The notes beneath the pieces were generated by a model. It did no database searches. It had not been told where the DNA came from and was given only the letters and a program-made list of their open reading frames with translations. DNA of 64,000 nucleotides from Nematostella vectensis (taxonomy: Eukaryota). Both the position numbers and the translations under genes were made by a program. Shown piece after piece: positions 59,201 to 64,000 of this stretch. Position 1 is the stretch's first letter, and every line of letters starts with the position of its first letter. The stretch is taken from NCBI RefSeq assembly GCF_932526225.1, contig NC_064037.1:3184996-3248995 (forward strand), read 5' to 3'.

Positions 59201-62200
59201 TTGACAGCATAAAAAACTCCCAAGCGCTAACCTCTCACTTATTTGAAACCTGCGGTGGTCTATAGACTCCCAAGCGCTAACCTCTCACTGATTTGAAACC
59301 CGCGGTTGTCTATAGACTCCCAAGCGCTAACCTCTTACTGATTTGGAACCCGCGGTGGTCTATAGACTCCCAAGCGCTAATCTCTCACTTAATTGAAACC
59401 CGCGGTGGTCTATAGACTCCCAAGCGCTAACCTCTCACTGATTTGAAACCCACGGTGGTCTATAGACTCCCAAGCGCTGACCTCTTACTGATTTGAAACC
59501 CGCGGTGGTCTATAGACTCCCAAGCGCTAGCCACTCACTGATTTGAAACCCGCGGTGGTCTATAGACTCCCAAGCGCTAACCTCTAACTGATTTGAAACC
59601 GGGACCTATGACTTAAAAGCGACGTACATAGCTTGACATTAAGGAGCAGCTTTTATCTGTTTAATAACCAGGTCCTCTAGGGGAGTCGATTAAATCCTGT
59701 TAACACAGCCCTTTCAAAGCAACAGTATAATTGAGAATGACAATTACATCAATATGGCAACCATTGCCAATCTCCTCTCTCTTCTCCCCCAGTGAGCGCC
59801 AAACTTACTTGCGACTATGATATCCGTGGCAGCCCTCGCCGGGCCCCTCCCCCCTTCTCTCCCAGTGAGCGTCAATATCTTACCTGCGACTATGATATCT
59901 GTGGCAGCCCTCGCCGAAACCCTTCCCCCTTCTCCCCCAGTGAGCGCCAATATCTTACCTGCGACTATGATATCCGTGGCATGCCTCGCCGAACCCCTCC
60001 CCCCTTCTCCCCCCAGTGAGCGCCAAACTTACTTGCGACTATGATATCCGTGGCATGCCTCGCCGAACCCCTTCTCCCCCCAGTGAGCGCCAAACTTACT
60101 TGCGACTATGATATCCGTGGCAGCCCTTGCCGAACCCATTGCGTTTTTTGCATTGAACACCCAGGTCCCCGAGTCCTCGGGCTGTGCTTTGCTAAAGCCG
60201 AGGGTGCTGCTAAAAATAGCCTCTCGGGACCCCTCCTTAGTCCAATACGTGTCGGGGACGGGGAAACCGCTGGCTTTTGCAGTGAAAGTAAATGGGCTCC
60301 CAGCCTTAAGGGTTATTTTGGGTGGTGGTTTTACTGTGATATTTGGCGCCACTGAAAAAGGAAGGAAAAACATGAAAAAGGAAAGCATTCCTGAGCGAAA
60401 ACACAGATATCCCGCTCGTTCAGAATATACTATTCTTAGTGGGGTCTAGGAGATGACTTGGAAAATTTGGTTCGCTTTGTTCGTGCTTTTACAATATTCC
60501 AGTCCATTTACAAAACACATAGCATTGTTATCGTTGTTGCTTTGCAAGATTCGCTGCGTAAAATCGGGTTCTTCCGAAAAACGGTAAGTCAACTCTAGAG
60601 ATTTTCAAGTAAACTATAAAACTGTTGTAATCAGACTTACTTACCAAACCCTTGCGGCAAGGCTGCTCCGCCTCCCTTACCGCTACCCGTGTCTGTACCT
60701 ACTCCCGAGACATCTACGCCCCCTTCAGCAGAGCCTGCGCCTGCAACACCTATCCCAAAGCCATTCCCTCCCACGCTTCCGACGAAGCGTCCCCCAGTCA
60801 CAGGCACCCAGCGGCCGTCCTTCATCATGACAGCCGATGTACCAGGGAGTCCCCTAGGTCCCGTATGCCCGCGAGCTCCACGGTACCCTCTCAATCCTCT
60901 TGGACCTCGAGGACCCGGGGAACCGACGATGGCTATTACTTGAGTCCGCCCTGCTTCGGCCTTTCCGGTGGCGACTGTAAAAACGAAAGAGTATTTTACA
61001 ACATTTCTCAGGCCTTTTTTCGCCCTGTCCGGTGGCTTATCCGATAAAAGGATTCTCCTCCCATTCCATCAAAACAGGAACAACCGAGGCCTGAAAAATG
61101 TTGTAATCTGTAGGGTGAGGGGATATTTCCAATCATATACCTTCAATGAAGCTGGCCTCTGCTTGTCCCCTCATCGGCTTTAATGGTAGGGTGTATAAAG
61201 GGTGGGTGGGGTGGGGAAAGCATATACTCACCCACTCCTTTCTTCAGCCGTTCCGTGAGCTTTTTGTCTATAAAAGACTCCATTGACGCCGCGTCAGTGA
61301 TTTTTGTGCCCTCGAAGATTCTTTCTGTTAAATCAGGTGCAAACAAGTAGTGTGTAGTGTACGGTTTAGAGACTGAAGAGGGCTGAAAATGTTTACAGAA
61401 TGTTTGTATGCATTTTTGTCTTTTTTTTTTTTTTGCATCGGTTAGCGTCGCCAAAATAAATTTATATTAGAACATGGGCACTTTTGGACCTTTTCATGAT
61501 CGCCCAAGACAAAGGGTAGTCGACTCGACTCGAGATGCAGACTGAGGGTCCTTCACACCTAGTGAGAGTGTGCGAGGGATGGAGAAAAGTAAAAACAATT
61601 CGCGAAGGCCGTATGTACAACTGAGAGTGGAGAGACTTGAAGTGAAAAATAACATAAAAGCACTGCGATTTGCGGACCGACTTACCCATTTTCTGATCCA
61701 CATAAGCATTGATGTAGCGTCTTGTGGCCAGCGGTAGTTGACGACCGTCTGTATAGAGCAAGCATTTACTAAATGGGCTAGCATGTCCCAAGAGACCATG
61801 GGAACACACGAGGTAAATCCCGGCTACAAATATCTCTTATATTATAGCTTTTATTAGAAACCTTACTCACTTATCAGAGTTGTGCTCCCCTTGTCCACGG
61901 TAACCCCTGGAAACGATGGAAAAGCTGCAAGTTTTAGATGACTAGGGCTACAGATTTTACACAATTTTTTTCTTGGGGGGGAGGGGGGTTGTAGGTAACA
62001 CAATTGAAGCACTATAGTACTGACTTACATTGCTTGTACTCCACTTCTTACCAAGATCGACGGATCCGTTGATTGTTTTGATTCCTCCAGCGTCAATACT
62101 GATATTCTTTCCGTCAGCTGTCACAGAATGATAAAGGCTATAAGCGTCTTTTCGTATCTGCATAGGGATGTGTTTGACTGCTCTTGGGCCCTTTGTTTTA

Positions 62201-63412
62201 TTCTGCTTGAACTAACTGATGCTCACTCCATTCGTGTGTGTACTATATAAACTATACTAAATGGAATAAACATACAGACATAAATTGTCTTATGTAAAAG
62301 ACACAAGTATTGTGTAGCTTCACTGGGTATAATTGTGAAATGTTTGATCTTCTAAGATGGCTATACGAGTCTTTTACTGCATGGTAGCTAAACTACCCTA
62401 GCCTCGTCCCCAGGCTACTCCCTTTCTGTCAGCTCCATGATGCTTTGCGCGCACTCACACTTTCCAATATGGCGGACGCTTCAGAGCAGAAAGGGCCAGT
62501 GACGTCATAGCCATGTAGAGCGTGATAGGCCCGCCGAGAAGCACAGGGACGAGGCTACAACTACCCTACACCATGGCGAAAGGGCTTAGAAGAGATGGTA
62601 GTTGGTCCGGTATTTTACATTATTGGTTATCTCATATTTTACAAAATATTTCTACCTGTAACGCAGATTATCCCAGATGGTCCCTGTTGAATAAAACAAT
62701 AACAAGCAGTAACAAAAATGCCAATACGGTAAAATGACATATAGACCACATGATAGTGCAAACGTCGGTGTTTCAATTTACTGGTTATTGTTATACCAAT
62801 GGCGATGCCATTTGGTTTGAATCTGGAGGGACAAGCTATTTTCATTTTAAAGTGGGGCCCCATATAACGGACATCAAATTAGCAGCCAGGCAAGTAGCCA
62901 GGGGGGGGATGGAAGGGGGCTCACAGTCCACTATTTGCTGGTTTAGGGGGAGGAGGTGCGCTTGAGGTTACAGAGGCTTTCTCGCTCTAGTTTTTAGAGG
63001 ATAAAGCGGGATAGAATACCTTGATTATCCGCTTGCACTTGGTTGTCAGTGGAACAGGGAGGATATTCGTCACGTCACTGAAGTTTACAGAAACGCGTCG
63101 TGGCTGTCCCATGTCTCCCTGTGGGATCCTTCTCGGGTCACCTCCATCCACCGGATAACCCCCTGGAGTGCGTTTTATGTTATATCGCCTTGGCACGGCA
63201 GCGCGAGGGACGCGCGAAAAGACGCGAGAAGGATCGATATATTCGCGACCCTTTGCGGTCTCCATTTGTATACGTAATTGTATGATGTCTTGGTTCAATA
63301 CGTGCGTAGTGTACGAAACAAATACAATAGATGCCACTAGCATCGCAAAGTTCAGAAGGCTTAGTACCAAATGCCAGTTTGTAGGTTTGAGAGAAGGTTT
63401 TTGCTTGTCCAT
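55893..63412 (-). CDS. novel type II membrane protein gene span: N-terminal signal-anchor, short collagen-like triple-helix segment, 3 Ig (I-set-like) domains, Sushi/CCP, C-terminal D8C domain (about 807 aa, 11 exons)
   Basis: Phase-consistent GT-AG chain on the minus strand: 63020-63412, 62052-62157 (tentative), 61686-61823, 61232-61324, 60645-60974, 60100-60351, 58833-59023, 58549-58633, 58148-58423, 57552-57722, 55893-56281. Summed length 2424 nt, divisible by 3. Every domain exon is phase 1-1 or pairs to give phase 1-1, as typical for Ig and Sushi modules. Confidence 0.65.
56550..57551 (-). repeat. 30-bp minisatellite x about 33 made of the last 20 nt of the Sushi exon plus its GTAAGT donor (minus strand unit catggagtgggacccatcccatatGTAAGT)
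   Basis: The array starts at the first intron base and is contiguous with the exon end ...caatggagtgggacccatcccatat|gtaagt. Plus strand reads ggatgggtcccactccatgacttacatatg. It yields 355-364-aa artefact ORFs in several frames. Confidence 0.9.
57552..57722 (-). CDS. exon 10: Sushi/CCP domain (CKEPEPLFNGMVSGNDYHVGSAVTYSCKPGCMLYGSAVRICTEHGQWSGTHPI)
   Basis: 4 Cys, conserved Trp, Y-x-C and G-x-W-S-G motifs; acceptor ttgtccag|GT; donor ATAT|GTAAGT; phase 1-1. Confidence 0.8.
58148..58423 (-). CDS. exon 9: Ig domain 3 (APATLKIKNVNTPIILNCTAKGTPSPTLTWYKDDVALPTKILKDEDEFTAVYTIQRPSSADQGKYFCAAKTK...)
   Basis: acceptor tttctccag|GT; donor CTAA|GTACGT; phase 1-1. Confidence 0.75.
58549..58633 (-). CDS. 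exon 8: Ig domain 2, second half (EDEGLYICRASSPMGSVIAAIDVTVERF)
   Basis: acceptor ttttacccag|GAA; donor TTTA|GTAAGT; phase 0-1. Confidence 0.65.
58833..59023 (-). CDS. exon 7: Ig domain 2, first half (KPKFIEKPPSKVTAFQSTSTKLECKVEGYPEPVVTWRR...)
   Basis: acceptor ttcttag|CG; donor AAG|GTAAGC; phase 1-0. Confidence 0.7.
59175..59605. repeat. about 60-bp tandem repeat x 7 (cccgcggtggtctatagactcccaagcgctaacctctcactgatttgaaa)
   Basis: Direct reading; lies in the intron between Ig domains 1 and 2. Confidence 0.9.
59790..60099 (-). repeat. about 63-bp tandem repeat x 5 derived from the Ig-domain-1 exon end + donor (minus strand ccacggatatcatagtcgcaAGTAAGtttggcgctcactgg...)
   Basis: Units contain gatatcatagtcgca(a/g)gtaag, identical to the exon end GATATCATAGTCGCAA|GTAAGT. 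ORFs 59744-60044 are artefacts. Confidence 0.85.
60100..60351 (-). CDS. exon 6: Ig domain 1 (APNITVKPPPKITLKAGSPFTFTAKASGFPVPDTYWTKEG...EDSGTWVFNAKNAMGSARAATDIIVA)
   Basis: acceptor cctttttcag|TG; donor GCAA|GTAAGT; phase 1-1. The donor region is amplified in the adjacent repeat. Confidence 0.75.
60645..60974 (-). CDS. exon 5: collagen-like segment (GSPGPRGPRGLRGYRGARGHTGPRGLPG = 9 Gly-X-Y) followed by Gly-rich region
   Basis: acceptor tttttacag|TC; donor TTTG|GTAAGT; phase 1-1; 109 codons. Confidence 0.65.
61232..61324 (-). CDS. exon 4: ERIFEGTKITDAASMESFIDKKLTERLKKGV
   Basis: acceptor gatttaacag|AA; donor GTGG|GTGAGT; phase 1-1. Confidence 0.5.
61686..61823 (-). CDS. exon 3: GIYLVCSHGLLGHASPFSKCLLYTDGRQLPLATRRYINAYVDQKM
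   Basis: acceptor atatttgtag|CC; donor ATGG|GTAAGT; phase 1-1. Confidence 0.5.
62052..62157 (-). CDS. exon 2 (tentative): ...IRKDAYSLYHSVTADGKNISIDAGGIKTINGSVDL
   Basis: Only one frame is open. Donor CTTG|GTAAGA gives phase 1, which matches the exon 3 acceptor. The acceptor is uncertain; an alternative extends to about 62205. Confidence 0.35.
63020..63412 (-). CDS. exon 1: cytoplasmic N-terminus + TM signal-anchor (WHLVLSLLNFAMLVASIVFVSY) + Gly/Pro-rich segment
   Basis: ATG 63412; 131 codons; donor ATCAAG|GTATTC at 63019. Confidence 0.55.
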
Positions 63413-63589
63413 TTTCGCACGTTATGTTATTATGTTATCTAAGGTTAGCCTGTGCTGTCTGCGTAGGGTCGGATTACAAACAAACCATGCAATATAGTAT
63501 AATGGTTCTTTCATCATTATACTCTTGATGTCCCTTGACCTTGATGATGGAGGGAGGGGAGGGGAGGGAGGGGAGTGACTGCAGTGCCG

Positions 63590-63830
63590 TACTCACATCG
63601 TGGATGCTATATCGTCACCGTGCCCTAATAACTATGTACTTGTGTATCTGTGCATCTCTTTGTGTTGTCAAAACTAGATTCGCGATACAATATAAGTATA
63701 GCAGTGCCATACCTCACATCGTGGATGCTATTTCATCACGGTGCCATAATAACTATTTACTTGTGTATCTGCGCATCTCTTTGTGTTGTCAAAACTAGAT
63801 TCGCGATACAATATAAGTAATAACAAGGGA
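63590..63830. repeat. two about 120-bp direct repeats about 180-400 bp upstream of the minus-strand gene ATG
   Basis: gtgccgtactcacatcgtggatgctat...ttgtgttgtcaaaactagattcgcgatacaatataagta occurs twice. Confidence 0.85.
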
Positions 63831-64000
63831 AAATACTTTGCTTAGATCAGCATCTATTTATGTATTCATTTGACATTTGCACAAATATAACAAATAACAT
63901 TTTTGCAAGGCATTTTAAGAAAATGTGTCATATTTTAATAGGCCGGGAGCTCATTTATTTTAATACATTTTGTCCACGAAGAAGAGGTGCTTATTGGAGA

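Overview
This is not a prokaryotic locus, so no defence-island or CRISPR features apply. It is a gene-dense eukaryotic window, most likely from a marine invertebrate metazoan: spliceosomal GT-AG introns, intronless GPCRs and MVP/DEPTOR/NIPSNAP homologs. Plus strand: an intronless class-A GPCR (1449-2465), an AGPAT5-like acyltransferase (11 exons, 14587-19873), a DEPTOR-like gene (8 exons, 21775-25196), major vault protein (17 exons, 27415-37462), a second intronless GPCR (42507-43712) and a NIPSNAP-like gene (9 exons, 49006-55098). Minus strand: an RNF146/Iduna-like RING-WWE E3 ligase (8702-9694), an unidentified ORF cluster (10.8-12.1 kb) and a previously undescribed type II membrane protein with collagen-like, 3 Ig, Sushi and D8C modules (55893-63412). 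Each multi-exon model was checked by phase-consistent GT-AG junctions, CDS length divisible by 3 and remembered homology; no database search was possible. The rest of the window is unusually rich in minisatellites and satellites. The most striking observation is that at least six intronic tandem arrays are amplifications of the adjacent exon end plus its splice site, creating tens of consensus decoy splice sites per intron. Other findings include a foldback-type non-autonomous element present in two copies (one carrying a 1.6-kb subterminal satellite), MITE-like insertions, and long homopolymer G/C tracts.
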